DNA of 64,000 bases from Octopus bimaculoides (GCF_001194135.2 NC_068987.1:47817420-47881419), one strand, 5' to 3'; positions 25,605 through 39,939 are shown, counted from the first letter of the stretch. Notes: a model not told the origin generated them from the sequence alone. Numbers and translations: made by a program.

Positions 25605-28600
25605 TTAAATGATGATTATGATAAAGCGATTTGAACTCAATACATAAGACTAGGATAGGAATTGTCAATAGATTCCAACATTAGCACAGTGTAACAAAAT
25701 GACAACATGAGGACAAGTTTACAATTGTAATATTTAATATCATAATGGCAAATTAACACTGTATCAGTCATGTGATAATCATTTCAGTATCAAGTGATAA
25801 CAAAATATGAATTTACACATTCCTTCATCAAGAGTTGTGTGCTAACTTCGTAGTTCAAAAAAGGTAAAGAAAAGAAAATGAAGAATTAATAATACTCTAA
25901 ATAGAATTTACAAAATTAGGTCTGCAAAAAGGGCTCTTTTTAGTTTATGTTGCATGAGCATGTGTGTGTTTATGTACCAATACCTCGTTTTATATTTCTT
26001 CTTTAAATGAAACCTATTTATGACAAAGCTTAATATTGCAGCAATTTAACAGACAAGGTCATGATAAAAATGGACATCTTCATTGCTTGCCTGACCACAG
26101 ACGTTCCCACTCAAATTTGTGTCTTTCTCATAAAGAAACATTTTGTTGTTTTATTAGTGCACATAAAAGAAAGAAAAATCAGTCAATCACAGTTTGTCTG
26201 CTTTTGCATTTTGGAGTCTGTTATTGTAACACTTGTATAACAATTTCAAAACTTAAAGTACACTTCCCAAAAATGTTTTCAGGTTTCATGACACTTTGGG
26301 TAATCATCTTCTGCTATAGCCTGGGCTGACCAAAGCCTTGTAAGTGGATTTGGTAGATAGAAGTTGAAAGAAACTTAATATAAATATATACATACATACA
26401 CACACATATATATAAAGTTGTGTGTCTGAAAGTGTATATATTTGGGTGTGTGTTATTTCCCCCTCAACTTCATGTGTGTTTGCTGATTGTAAACAAAGGC
26501 CTCACTATTCACACAGACAGTCTCATATGATTATAGTCCAATACAAAAGCATGTTTGGGTTGCATGATCTTTATAAAGAAAAGGCTCAATTAGCGTCATT
26601 TGTTTTCAATTTGGGCTGTTTGTTGTTTGATAGACAGGAAGATTATAACCTTGCTTGGAAGTGAGGATTGCCATTAGGAAGGGCATTTGGCCACAGAAAA
26701 CTCTACCCCATGTTCCAGTATATGAGCCATACAAGCATGGAAAAGTAGACATTAAAATGATGGCGATAATTTTTTTTACAAAGATTCATTTAGTACTCTT
26801 GTTATTTCAACTTGTCATGTAAACTTAAAGCAATATTAATAGCTACCAAACTATAAATTATAAAACAAATGGAACATAAATGTTATGGAATTATTAGGAC
26901 TTTCTCGGTCAACTTTAAAAACCATAATAAATCAATTTAATATAATAGTTGCCATACAAAATTCAAGTGAACATAATACTTCTAAACTAACAAGCATAAG
27001 CAATAAAATAAATGTAGTAAATATGGCAAAATCCTTGTGTCTGAGTGGATAAGGGTTCACAAGTGTCACTCTCCCAAGGTACTGATAAGAAAAAAGCAAT
27101 AACTTTCATCAGATGAAGCAAGAAACTTAACAAGTCACTTAAACCTATGAAGACCATATTTTAACAGAATCACAAGTGTATAGTTCCAGATAGCAAAAAG
27201 GAGATTCCTCTAACACTGGTTTTAACAACAAAGACCTTGGTGAAATAATTTGTGCATTAGATTGACCTTCACAAAACAATCCAAAATCTGAATGCAGCAA
27301 TGGGAGATCTGTAATGATATCAATGAACTGTTATAAAGAAGAATTAGAAGACCACAATAAAAATAAAAACCTAACACAACCAGTCATACCATATTTTTCA
27401 TTGCTTTACATTTTTTATTTGTTACACAAACTAAAGTATAACAGCATGCTTTTTATTAAATTACATATAATTCTCTTCAAAAGATTTTATATATTGACAT
27501 TGTATTTGAAATGAATGTATATTTCTTTCAATAATTAAAAGAACTTCTTCTAGCAACAAACTTCCTCATAGCAGAGTAAAAAAAAGTGGAACATATTTAT
27601 TTTAGTAATTGAGGTATCGGTGTAATTATAATAAACAGGTGTATACATGCTATATGTGCAGGTGTGTTCATATATATATATATATATATATATATGCATT
27701 TCTGTCCATTTTGATAGGTACAGTTGATAGTTAGAGATCTATAGTGTACACACATGCCACACTAAGAAGTTTGATGACATTTGGAAGTCATAGAAATAAG
27801 CAAAAACCAGTTAGGAGGGTGAAAAATCCAAACCCAGTCAGTTGGTTCATTGTATCACATCTCCTTAGCCTCTTACAAGGCTTACTAATCTTCATTCATC
27901 ACTTTATCATACATGAGATGGTGTTGTTTAGGTGGAATACTGAAATATGGTATGTGATATACTGATGTGCACACATCATGTATTCTGAGTATATAAAATG
28001 ATATGTGAATCAGTTGAAGGAAAATTTTACTAAAAAATATTTTGGATAGTTTTTATGTACTAAGAATGAAAGAAGAACTGTGATGAAGTTCAAATTCTAT
28101 AAAGAATGTGAACCAGGTTTTGGCAAATTATTTTTAAGAATTATTTTAAAGTATGCTGGAATATGTGTTATTTGCATATGAACATCTATATAAATAAAAA
28201 TACGGAAAGAAACATAAATATATATGCATGTGTGTAAAAACAAAATATATATATGTGTATGTGGAAACAAAATGTAAATATAAGTACAATTAAGAATATG
28301 GGAAATAAAGAAAAATAATGAGAACCAACTAAAATTTTAACCCATGTTAACCTGTTTGTTAATATTAGCTGTCATTTTTTGAAAGCTCAGGTTCTTTATA
28401 ACTTTGTAAGTCAGCACAAGTGAACAAAAACATCGTACTGTATTAAAAGAAATCATACCACTAAACTGCTCTGAATTTTGAGCTGTTTCTCTTATTAATT
28501 ATTTAGAAAACTAATCCCTCTTCAAATTTGCAAAACTAATGTTTTTGATTGAAAAAAATATATTATGTAATAATTTGAAGGAGCCATCATTTTCTCCCAA

Positions 28601-28959
28601 GGCTTTTTTGACAGCAAAGAAATAAAAGTGTAATTATTATTATTATTATTATTATTATCTGGCATTTCTTAGATAGGGTAGAAGCTTGAGATATTTAAAA
28701 AGTCAATGCCTTCAGTTTATGTGAATTTATGATGTTTATGCCTTTCTGAAAAGCATTAGTGATGTAAACAAAATGAAGCACTTCCATCTAAAAATAGAAA
28801 CTAGATCTGTAAACTTGGTCTCTCTCAAAACTTAACCACTGCATTAATAAAAATAACAAATCTGCCCTAGTAAATATGATTTCAATCTTAGGGACTAAGC
28901 CTAAATTAAATTTTTTTTTTATTGTTTTGAAGGGTTGAGGAAAAATTTGGTTTGAACTG

Positions 28960-30350
28960 TACCAGTACTTGACAGGTACTTGTTTCATCAATCCTAGAAT
29001 GATGAATGACTATGTTGATCCTGTTAGGATTTGAACTTAGAATTCAGAAGGATGTAACTAAATACCACAAGGCATTTTGTATCACCAGTGGGGGTTGTCT
29101 GAGGCGTGGTTATTGCTAGTTGAAAACCACTGATTTTGCCATCCACCACTCTTGTAGACATAATTATTTTATAGGAACAGAGTAAAATAAAATTAATTCA
29201 TTCCAGCCAATTACTGATACTTATTTTATTGACCCAAGAGGGATTGTAAGGCAAAGTTGACCTCAATGGGAGTTGAACTCAGAACTGTGAGGGACAAAAC
29301 TAAATACTGTAATGCACTGATTGAGGCTGTTGCTTTAATGATACAGCCATCACAACAACTTTTCTAAATATAGTAATCATAATAATTTATTTATGGTCTT
29401 CTGCGTTGGCAGAATGTCACAATTATTTGAAGTGGGGGACAGAAGTGTATAATTGGTTTAACTGTCCTTAGTGCTTGATTGGTACTTATTTGAAGTTTCT
29501 TTTATTCAACTCCAAAAGAATGAAATGTGAAGTTGTCACTGGCAGGATTTGAACTTGGAAAGTAAGAGAACAACTAAATACAGCAAGACATTAATTTTAT
29601 TCAGCATTCTGCTACCTAGCAACCTGATAATGATTTCTTAAATAGACACAAGCACAAGACCAAAAATTTTGTGGGGAAGAATGAGTTGATTACAGTACTT
29701 GACTACTAATATTTTATATTAATCAACCCTAGAAAGGTTGATAAAATAAAGTATCAATCAAGGACTAGAAAACTGAAAGGAAAAGTTGACCTCAACAAAA
29801 TTTGAACACAGAAAGTAAAAGTAAAGAGCCAGAACAACTACCTCAAAGTATTTTGTCTGATGCTCTAACAATTCTGCCAGTCACACCAACCTAATAATAA
29901 TCCTTCCTATTATAGACACAAGGCCTGAAATTTTGGAGGAGGGGGCTAGTCAAATACATCAACCCCAGTGTTCAACTGGTATTTATTTTATCAACCCCAA
30001 AAGAATGAAAAATAAGTCAACCTCGATGGAATTTGATCTCAAGATGTAAAGAACCAGAAGAAATTCTGTTAAGCATTTTGTCTGACATGTTAACAATTCT
30101 GCCAGGTCATCAATAATAATAATTACTCATATAGGCACAAAGCCAGACGTCTTTTGGGGCGTGGAGGGTAGACCCTAGTACTTGACTAGTACTTCATTCT
30201 ATCAACTTATTTAAAGTTGATCAAATGAAGACCTCATTTCATCTAGATGGATGAAAGTGAAAGTCAATATTAGTAGTAAGTGAACTCAGAACATAAAGAG
30301 CTTTAGTCTATTGCCCTACAGAATCTGCCAGTCACCCCACTATCATTATA
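28960..30350 (-). mobile_element. Array of ~6 degenerate SINE units (same family as 9720-13540)
   Basis: Repeated reverse-complement core (..GGCAAAGTTGACCTC..GGATTTGAACTCAGAA) and tails GCACAAGGCC. Lies just downstream of the ANKRD40 stop. Confidence 0.75.
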
Positions 30351-30406
30351 ATATTAAGGATAATAGATGCTTAGCTCATTCCTTTCAAAGTTTACATGCA
30401 TGTGAA

Positions 30407-30437
<31 letters not shown>

Positions 30438-30489
30438 GAGAAAGTGAGCATGTGCATGCATGCTCGTGCATGAGCTTGTAGTACATTTT

Positions 30490-30794
30490 TTAATACAAAA
30501 TTTGTTCAGACTTCAGTTTTGTGCCAACACCATAAGTCCGAGATGAGGCACTGATGGCTTTGTTAGTAAGAATAAGTTCTAATTCTTGGAAATCCACAAG
30601 ACGCTTCACATCTTTGTCTTTGCGGATGATCGTATTGGGCAATTTACGTATTTTATATACAAGGCGTTTATCAATGTTCAGTTCTTGACACAACAAGTTC
30701 AGGAGGGCATCAAATGTCAATGAAGACCGATCCAACTCTATTTCTATGTAATCTTGTTCTTCAACATTGGCAACTCTTGCTCTGAGGACGATTT
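30490..30794 (-). CDS. ANKRD40: ANKRD40 last coding exon
   Basis: Acceptor TTTTCCAG|AA (phase 1), EIVLRARVANVEEQDYIEIELDR...EQILY, stop TAA. Confidence 0.93.
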
Positions 30795-33700
30795 CTGGAA
30801 AACAGATAAACAAATTAATATCTATGCTTATTATACATTTTCAAGTGTATTTATGTATGTTTATGCATGTGTGTCATATTATCATCATTGTTTTAACATT
30901 CACTTTTTCCATACTTGGAGGGGTCAGATAGTGTTTATTGAAGATTTTCTACAGATGGATGTCCTCCCCCATTACCAACCCTCACCTATTTTCAAGCAAG
31001 GAAATATTTCTTTTTGGCCAGACAGGTTTCTACAGAATATTGGAATTGAATGACACTACTTGTATGATAGTGACACTCATATACAATATGCATCAGGTCA
31101 TTAACAATGAAATGTCCAAGTTTCTTATGCACCAAGTTTGACAGTCGATTATTCAAGTGTTTTATCCTGACAATTCTTTGTTTTACAACACTGAAGAGTT
31201 ACATCGTCAATTTTCGAAATGCAGTTCATGGTGTCTGATTATATCGTGAGTTTTCTCTTGTAAATCAATTTTTGTGAACCCATGGATAGATAAAAAAATT
31301 GTGTTGTTTATGAATATGAGTTCCATCATGGAACCAATGCATCCCAGACAGCTCAAAACATCAATGAGGTGTTTCGTGAAGATGTTGTGACTGAGTGCAC
31401 TGTATGTCGATGGTTTCAGAAGTTTCAGTCTAGTGACTTTACTCTTAAAAATCAGCCTCGTGGTTACCTGAGACCAAGGTGGATAATGAGGAGCTGGAAA
31501 CTGTAGTGGAAGTGGATACATTTCAAACTACGTGAGTTAGCAGCAAGGTCTGATATTTCCATTCCAACTGTATCAGACCATCTGAAACAAATCGGTAAGG
31601 TAAAGAAGCTGGACATGTGGATACCACACGAACTGAACAAGCATCAAATGACATGTTGTCTTGAAACTTGCTGTTGTGGCATAAAAGCAAACCATTTTTG
31701 CATCGTATTGTTACATGTGATGAAAAATGGATTCTTTTCAACAATGGCAAATGTTCTGCATGATAGTTGGATAGAGACGAAGTGCCAAAACACAATCCAA
31801 AAAAGAATATTCACCAAAAAAAGCTAATGGTATCTGTTTGGTGGTCCAGCACAGGTGTCATCCACAACAGCTTCATGAGACCTGGTAAGTCAATTACACT
31901 GGATGTATACATCAACCAGTTGGATGAAATGATGAGTGAACTTGCAATTAAACAACCAAGATTGGTCAATAGAGACAGGCCAATTCTTTTGCAAGACAAT
32001 GGTTGACCACATGTGGCACAAAAAATGCTACTCAAGTTACAGGAACTGAACGTGGAAGTACTTAGTCAGCCACCATAATTCACCAGACCTTGCACCAACT
32101 GACTATCATGTTTTCCAGGCATTAGACAACTTTTTGAAATGAAAAAAAATTTAATTTTAAGAAGATGCAAAAACAACCTTTCATGATTTCATTACCTCTT
32201 GCTCTCCATAATTCTTTGCTACTGGCATAAATAATCTACCGATAAAATGGCAAAATTATGTTGATAAATTAGGAGCATACTTAAATTAACTGCATTGCTT
32301 TTTGTTGAGATAAAGTAAAATAAACTTTCAGTTCAAAATCAGACACTTCATTCTTAATGACCTGATACATTACAAGCTTCTTTCAGTTTCTGCCTACCAA
32401 ATCTACTCTCAAGGTTTTGGTCAGCCTGGGCCAAGTGTCATTGGGTTTACACTGGCACCTTGAGTATTAAATTGAACCTGAAATTATGTGGTTGGGAAGC
32501 AAACCTCTCAACAACACACACCCATACCAGTACCTAGCCATGCCTGCACTTGTATGTGAATGCAACAATTTCTACAGAGATTTTTGAGATATTTGTGCAT
32601 CTATTGCTTTTACTGTGTTAATTTCAATCATGTTCAATCAAAGGTCCTTTTTCATCAGACAAAACTTATTTACATACTCCGGTGAATGTAGGCAACATTC
32701 CTGATGTTAGAACTTCTTAATTAAATTGTTTGGTTGTGAACTTTATTCATTTCCTCACCCTTAAATCAGAAGTATCCTACAAGACAACCTTATTACATGT
32801 GCTGACACAGCTCTCACCAACCCATGTTTTATTAACTGCCATGTATCACGATTCAGTTTATGCCACTTTTGTTCTTCTCTCTTTTACATTTATGAATTAC
32901 TATTTCTAACCACAAACTGTTAATCATGGGTAACACTTTCCTTTGAGCTACATCTTTGGACTCTCATATCTGCTATCATTCTCAACAACACCTCAATTCT
33001 TTACATTATATTTTCATTACTTCCATGAACAGAAAGTTTGAAAATATTCTTCAATAGGGACACAACAGCATTGTTTCTTTCAGCAATACAAAGACAATTG
33101 TTACAGGTAAAAAGAAGACAATCTTACAATATATCATCACACTTATGCATGAACACACAACAATGATACTGTCTCAAACATCATCATCAACAATACGAGC
33201 CACTTTCAGTCACTTAATGTTTTAGCTATGAAAATCTTTTCCTGGGAAGCAAATTATCCCAAGATTTAGATCTAGTGACAAAAGTTCCTGTTGTGACCAC
33301 AGCAATGAGATGTATCAAGGAAGTTTAGCTGCTGTATTGAGCAAATTAGATACTTTCATAGAAGATACCTAACTTGTCAATCCCTTCTCTAGGACATACC
33401 ATTTAAAGCAGCAGCATCTCTATAAGTAAGGGCTGCAAGAAATCATAAACACTTACAACCTGCATAGTCAAAAAGATTTTTGATACAAAAGAACAATTTA
33501 AACATGTAAAGTTCATGGTTATGGACAGCTGCATCATCTAGCCCATCTAATTGTATGTAGCCATTATAGGAGAAGTACATCTTACAACTGTAAGAGAAGG
33601 GAAGACTGAACAATTAATGAATGTGTTGTTAGTTTGTGGTCTTGAATTAGGATTATATGTTAAATAGGTGCAGACGTGACTGTGTGGTTAAGAAGCTTAC

Positions 33701-34413
33701 TTCCCAATTATGTGGTTTCAAGTTCTGTCCCATTGTGTGGCACCTTGGGCAAGTGTCTTCTACTATAGCCCTAGGCCAACAAAGCTTTTTGAATGGATTT
33801 GGTAGACAGAAACTGAAAGAAGTCCATCATATATATATATGTGTGCATGTGTTAGTGTGTACCCTTGTCCTGATATCATGTTGGTAGTAAACATGCATCA
33901 TGGTCACATAAATGATCTGTAAAAAAATATGTCTGGCCATAGGCAAATATTGACTTGCTTGGAAACAGGTGAGGACTGATGACAGGAAGGGCATCTCATT
34001 TAACTGTAGAAAAATCTGCCTCAGTGAATTCTGTCCAACCTATGGGAGCATGGAAAAGTGGATATCAAAATGATAATGATATAAAAAAATTTAGAAACAA
34101 AAACTGATTCCAATACTATCTTTTGCTTAAAAGGTTAGAAGTTATATCTATAGCTTGCTTATTCTTCTCTAGTTTTCAATTCCAATCAATCTATATAAAA
34201 ATTAACATGATGAAGCTACTAACCATTTTCAAGGTTAAAGGCAAATAAACCTTTGGATGGTGCCATCTGCTGCTGTGGAACACCACTGAGAGCAGGTTGT
34301 GCAGGGTTTGCGTGTGGCATTGTTCGATGTGCCTGGTAATTTGAATGTATTGGTATGTTCTGTTCTTTTATATCCAAAGCAGCAGTGGCATCTGTGACTG
34401 TAACAAAAGACAA

Positions 34414-34445
<32 letters not shown>

Positions 34446-37400
34446 AATTAAGAAAAGAAAGGAAAGGAAAATAGCAACTACATTTGTTTAGAACCATGAG
34501 CTGTAACTAATTCCTTTGAGCTACATCTTAGGACTGCCATATCTTATCTTTAATACCTCATATCTGCCACTATTCTCAACATCATCCCAAACCTGCTGTC
34601 AATGATCACAACCACCTTTCTCCTTCATTCACAATAACCACCTCTCCATCTCTGTCACAATACATCTCTTTCTTGCTCTCCAACCACTCTTCAACCATGC
34701 ACATCATCTCCCTATTTCCTGATCTATCTACAGGTTTATTATACTACTGCTCTTTACCATTCCTGTACTGCTACATATCACCTCCTTCTTGAGCCACTCT
34801 TAGTTCTTTCACTTCCTCCTCCAATCTGATACTTGTCACCAATAAAAACCTCCACCCTTGTTCATCATTCACTACATTCATCTCTATCTCACTCTAACTG
34901 TCTGTCACTCTCCTATTACACTCTAATGAACTTACCCACCTATCTATGAACATCTCCATTTCTGATCTCTTATATACTCACCTTTTTGTAACTTGCAAGT
35001 CTCACTACCAGCATCTTTGTCTTCCATCCAGTTATCCCCACTCACCCTTATATAATGTGGGGTAGCTTTTTATCTCCTTTATAGCAAGATACCTGAGCCT
35101 GTTCCTCTACTGTATTTCAGCATCTCAATACCTGGCATAAAGACTTGTACTAAACTCCACCCAGTCAAGGGAACTTTGTCCTTCTCTTGCAAAGTTACAG
35201 ATGACCTCACTAGTGCCAGTGTTATGAAAAAAAAAAATGTGCAGTACACTCTGTGAAGCAGTTGGCATTAGGAAAGGCATTCAGGTATAGAAACCATGCT
35301 GAAACAGACACTGGAGCTCAATGTAGTCCTTCAACTTGTTGAATCCTGTAAACTACACAACCCATACCAGCATGGAAAACAGACATTAAATGATGATGAG
35401 GAGGAGGAGGAGAACGCACTGCACCAACAATGGTATTATGCAAATGACAACAACAATTGATCCAGCATCATTTTATGCAAGCTTTCACACACTTCTTAGG
35501 GACTGGTGAGGAATGGTTGAGCATCATCGATAATGAACTGATTCTTACTTTAATCTTCAAAAGCTTTGGAACCCAATCCAATAAAGGAGTACTGTGTGTT
35601 AGCTCAGTCTGCTAGAAATAGCAGCCAAATCACCCTTAAAAAACATACTAATACCATCTGAAATAAGGAAGGACACAGTGGATAATGTAGTCCTTGATAC
35701 ACTATGTTTGAATAAAGGATAGGATGGTCACAACTGGAATGCTCAGATATAGACCTGTTGGATTGGGGATAATTTGAGGAGGATAGGGCTTAAACAACTA
35801 CTAACTACAAAATGTCTATTTATTTCTTTCAAGAAACATCATAGTTCACTGAGCTGATGTTTATTGCCAGATCCTGTAGTGTTCAATGCATTGAAACAAA
35901 TTTCGCCTCCCAAATAGAATATCGGTATAAGGGAAGTAATTATTCCTGCAAGAGGTATTTGTCATTTAGAAGAGGAAAATAAGATACTGATATTCAGTGT
36001 CCAACATTAAAACATTATACTGTATGTTAGGTCTCATTTAATGGATTTAATGTTTGTATCCTCATTTGTTAGCATAAGGAGGACACTGAAAATCATTAGT
36101 TTGATCTCTGCAGATGTTTCAACAATATACAGGGATAGCAGGCAGCAAGCTGGAAGAATTGTTAGAATGCCGGGCAAAATAATTAGTGTCATTTCATTGT
36201 CTTTACATTCTGAGTTCAAACTCTGCTGAGGTCGACTTTACCTTTCATCCTTTCAGAGTTGATAAAATAAGTACCAGTTGAGTAATAGGGTTGATGTAAT
36301 TGACTTACCCACTCCCCTGAAGTAGCTGGCATTGTGCCAAAATTTGAAACCAATACAGAGGGACAGCAAAAAAAAAAAAAAAAAAAGGAAAAGGAAAAGG
36401 TGGAAATAGCATAAAAGAAACAAAAGTGAGCAACAGAAAAGAGTGAACAGAAAAAAAGAGGGATACAGAGAAATGAAAAACGATAGCATAGGAGACAGCA
36501 GAGAAGATAGAGGGAGATAACAAAAAAAAAGGAAGGTGAAAATATCAAGACAAAGAGAATAATGTTTCTACAAACCATTCTCAGTGTTATATGAATATAG
36601 TCCTTTGGATGGAGGCAGCTGTTGAGGGGCACTTGAAGGTGTGGACTGCGTAGGAGTTGTGTGCGGAAATGGAGGATGAGCTAAGTAATTTGGATGAATT
36701 GGTAAGTTGGGTTCCTTTATATCCAAAGCAGCAGCATCTGAGACTAGAATGAAAGGAAAAGAAGAAAACAATAAAGGGTTGAAAAGGAAGTAGGGGTAAT
36801 AAAACATATTTGGAGCATTCCTACTGTTAATTGGCTATTTAATTAAATGGCTGTTAAATTTTGGGCTGGTCTATTTTGGTATACAGTAGTCCCCAGATAT
36901 TCGCAGGGGTTATGTTCCTAGAGTACCCGCGAATAGTGAAAAATCATGAATATTGGACATGGTCCATAAAAATGCCTATAAATGTCAAAATATGACATAA
37001 TATATATATATATATGTATATATCAAAAATACATTTCTTTGCCTTCTCTTCTTGCTCACTTTCCCTCCTCTTTTCACTTCACTGTGTCCCTGTGCTCCTC
37101 CTTAATTCTTCTGTCTCTCTGCCTCTACTTCTCTCTCTTCTCACCGCACGTGACTGGTGTTCAACCAAACCTGATCTTTCTTTTTTGGTTCGTCCGTGCA
37201 ACATCTATATTCCTCCCTGTGCCTGTGAAATCTTGTATCCCTTGTAAGGCTTTATTTCCATACATGCCAGCTTGATTTAATTCATCCTTAGTTGAAAGAC
37301 GTCTGTTGTTATGTCTTGTTATTTGTATTTGTGTAACATTCTCCATTTTTTTCCGTCCTTGTTTTCATATTCATTTGCTGCTTTCTTCCAAGGAATCTAA

Positions 37401-39939
37401 TGCTCTTAGCTTAGTTTTTCCTTGGGGCTGTCCAGATTGGAGCAAATTCGAGTATAACCAGCCGATATTGCAAAGATAATCTGGAACTCGACTGAGGAAA
37501 GAAAACTCTGAATGACCCACCCTTGTTTTCTTTGTATCGTCTATCTGGATGTTTTGTTGTTCCTTTTTTGTATCCTCTAACTGTCTGGATGTCCTGGGTT
37601 CTTGTCCCATTTTGTATTTTATATATGTATATGTATATATATATATTTAATACTAATTTAATAAAAATAAAGTAAAATGTAAGGTTACTCACCAATAATA
37701 AATAATATTGATTTAAGATGATGATGATGATGATGAAAATAATGATGGTAATGACTGCACAGCAAAGAAGATTTAAAGCTCTTCAGGTGACACCTGTTCT
37801 TCAGGTGACACCTGTTCTTCAGGTGTTTTAGGGGATGTCGTATCTTCATGCAAGGCTTTCTTGGAAGCCTTGAGGAAAATTGTGATGGGAAGTTGCTGTT
37901 GTTGTTTCTTCATGGTCGTGAGGAGAGTTTTATATGTCTGCATGGCAGCATTGATGGCATTTTTAAATTAGAGGGACCGAACTATATAGGGATCCCATGC
38001 TTCCACCTTCCCTTGCAATTCTTTTACTGTCCTTAAAAGGTTGGACAGACGTTCGAATGCCAGGCCCATCTCATCCTCCTCTTCCTCTGGATCTGGCACT
38101 TCCTCCTCTTCTTCACTGGCAGACTTCATTAATTCCAACAAATCTTTGTCTGTTAGGGTTTCAGAGTGGTCATCGATGAGGTCAAAACCTTCACCAAGTA
38201 CCTTTGCCAGTTTCACCGCTTTCTTGACAGCCTCACGCTGAATAACTTCAGGTGAAAAGCCCTCGCAGTCCTGGCCTCTCTGGCCACACATTCTTCTAGC
38301 ATGCAATGAAGGTTTCTTTTTTCATGTCTTTAAGAGTAGCGTGGATGACTGACAGGCACGTTGCGATCATGAAGTTATGCCAGTACTCCTTTAACTTGAA
38401 ATTCTCATCTGAATCCAAGGTGTTGGAGAGAGTTCTGAGTGTAAAGTGCCTTGAAGGCACAGATCACGCCTTGATCCATAGGCTGGATGAGGGAGGTGGT
38501 GTTGGCAGGGAGGAACTCGACTTGAACTCCCTCGTGATTCAGATCTAAAGAGTGACCACCAGCATTGTCCATAACAAGCAACACTTTGAATTCCATGCAT
38601 ACGTTTTGGAGGTATTCCTTGACTTGAGGGATGAAGCATTGGTGGAACCAGTTCAAAGTTAGACTTTTAGTAATCCAGACCTTGGGGTTGTGCATCCAGT
38701 GGACAGGCAGCAGGTTTTTATTCTTATTTTTGAAGGCCCTAAGGTTTGCAGACTTGTAGATAAATCTTGGTTTCATTATGAAGCCAGCAGCATTGCCACA
38801 CGTAATTAGCATTACTCTGTCCTTCTGTGCTTTAAATCTTGGGGCTCTGGCTTCGTCCTTCATGATGTACGTTCTGGAAGGCATCTTCTTCCAGAACAAG
38901 CCAGTCTTGTTCATATTGAAAGTCAGTTCTGGCTTGTATCCCTTGTCCTCGATGATCTAACTGAAGGTCTCAAGGTACTTCTCAGTGGCTACTTTGGTGG
39001 CTGATGCTGTCTCTCCATGCAGGGAAACACACTTTATTTTAAACCATTTCTGGAAATGATCAAACTATCCCTTGCTGGCTTGAAAATCTTCAGGCTCCGG
39101 TGCTGTCAATTGTCTTGGTTGCAGTTCTTTGGTGCCTTCTGCTCTGTCTTCTCTGTTGAACTGCTGGTATAATTTCAGTGCTTTTTCGTGAATGATGTTA
39201 CTGCTCAAGGGGATGTTTTCCTTCTTGCAGTCACTGATCCACAATGCCAAGGTAGATTCCATCCTGAGGAAGTGCTTATTTCTCACTATCGTTATCTTTT
39301 TGGCACTTTCACAGAAACTTACTGCTATGGTAGTCCTGATTGCCATCTCGTTCTTCTTTATGTAGCATATGGTGATTTCGTTGACAACATAATAGCGACA
39401 GCATAACTTTACCTTCCCAGAACATATCCAACAGTTGTACCTTCTCATGGAGCATCATAACCTTTTTTTGGCATTTAGGTTCACTGCCTTAGAAAGTGTA
39501 GGGCGTTTGGGTGGCATCTTAGGGTTTTAATAAGACACTGCGAAAAACACAGCACTCAACAAAATACTCGAGATAGCCACTGGATGCAGTCCCCCCACCA
39601 CCACCACCAAAAAAAAAACCTACAAAATCTTCCTTTCATCTAATATGTGCATAATCACCAATGGGAGATTAAGCAGAGATTAAAAACAATCATGGTTTTG
39701 AAAAATTTAGTTTGTACTACTATTAGATAAAGTAACCTATATTATAACAATAATAAGAGAGAGAGAGAGAGAGAGAGAGCAGCAAGTAACCTAATTTCAA
39801 TTAGGCTATATTCGCTCATGACCTTAAAAATTATCCTGTTGAAATAAACAATGTGTATGATCAAATGTAGCAATTAACGTTTAGTCTCGTGTTGTATCTT
39901 TGATCTGTCATCAGTAGCCCAAGTAATACTGGTGCGATA

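Noticed and set aside
33970-34020. Hammerhead-like CTGATGA...GAAA
   Set aside because: No supporting stems; it is a point variant of the SINE tail (TTGGTGACAGGAAGGG).
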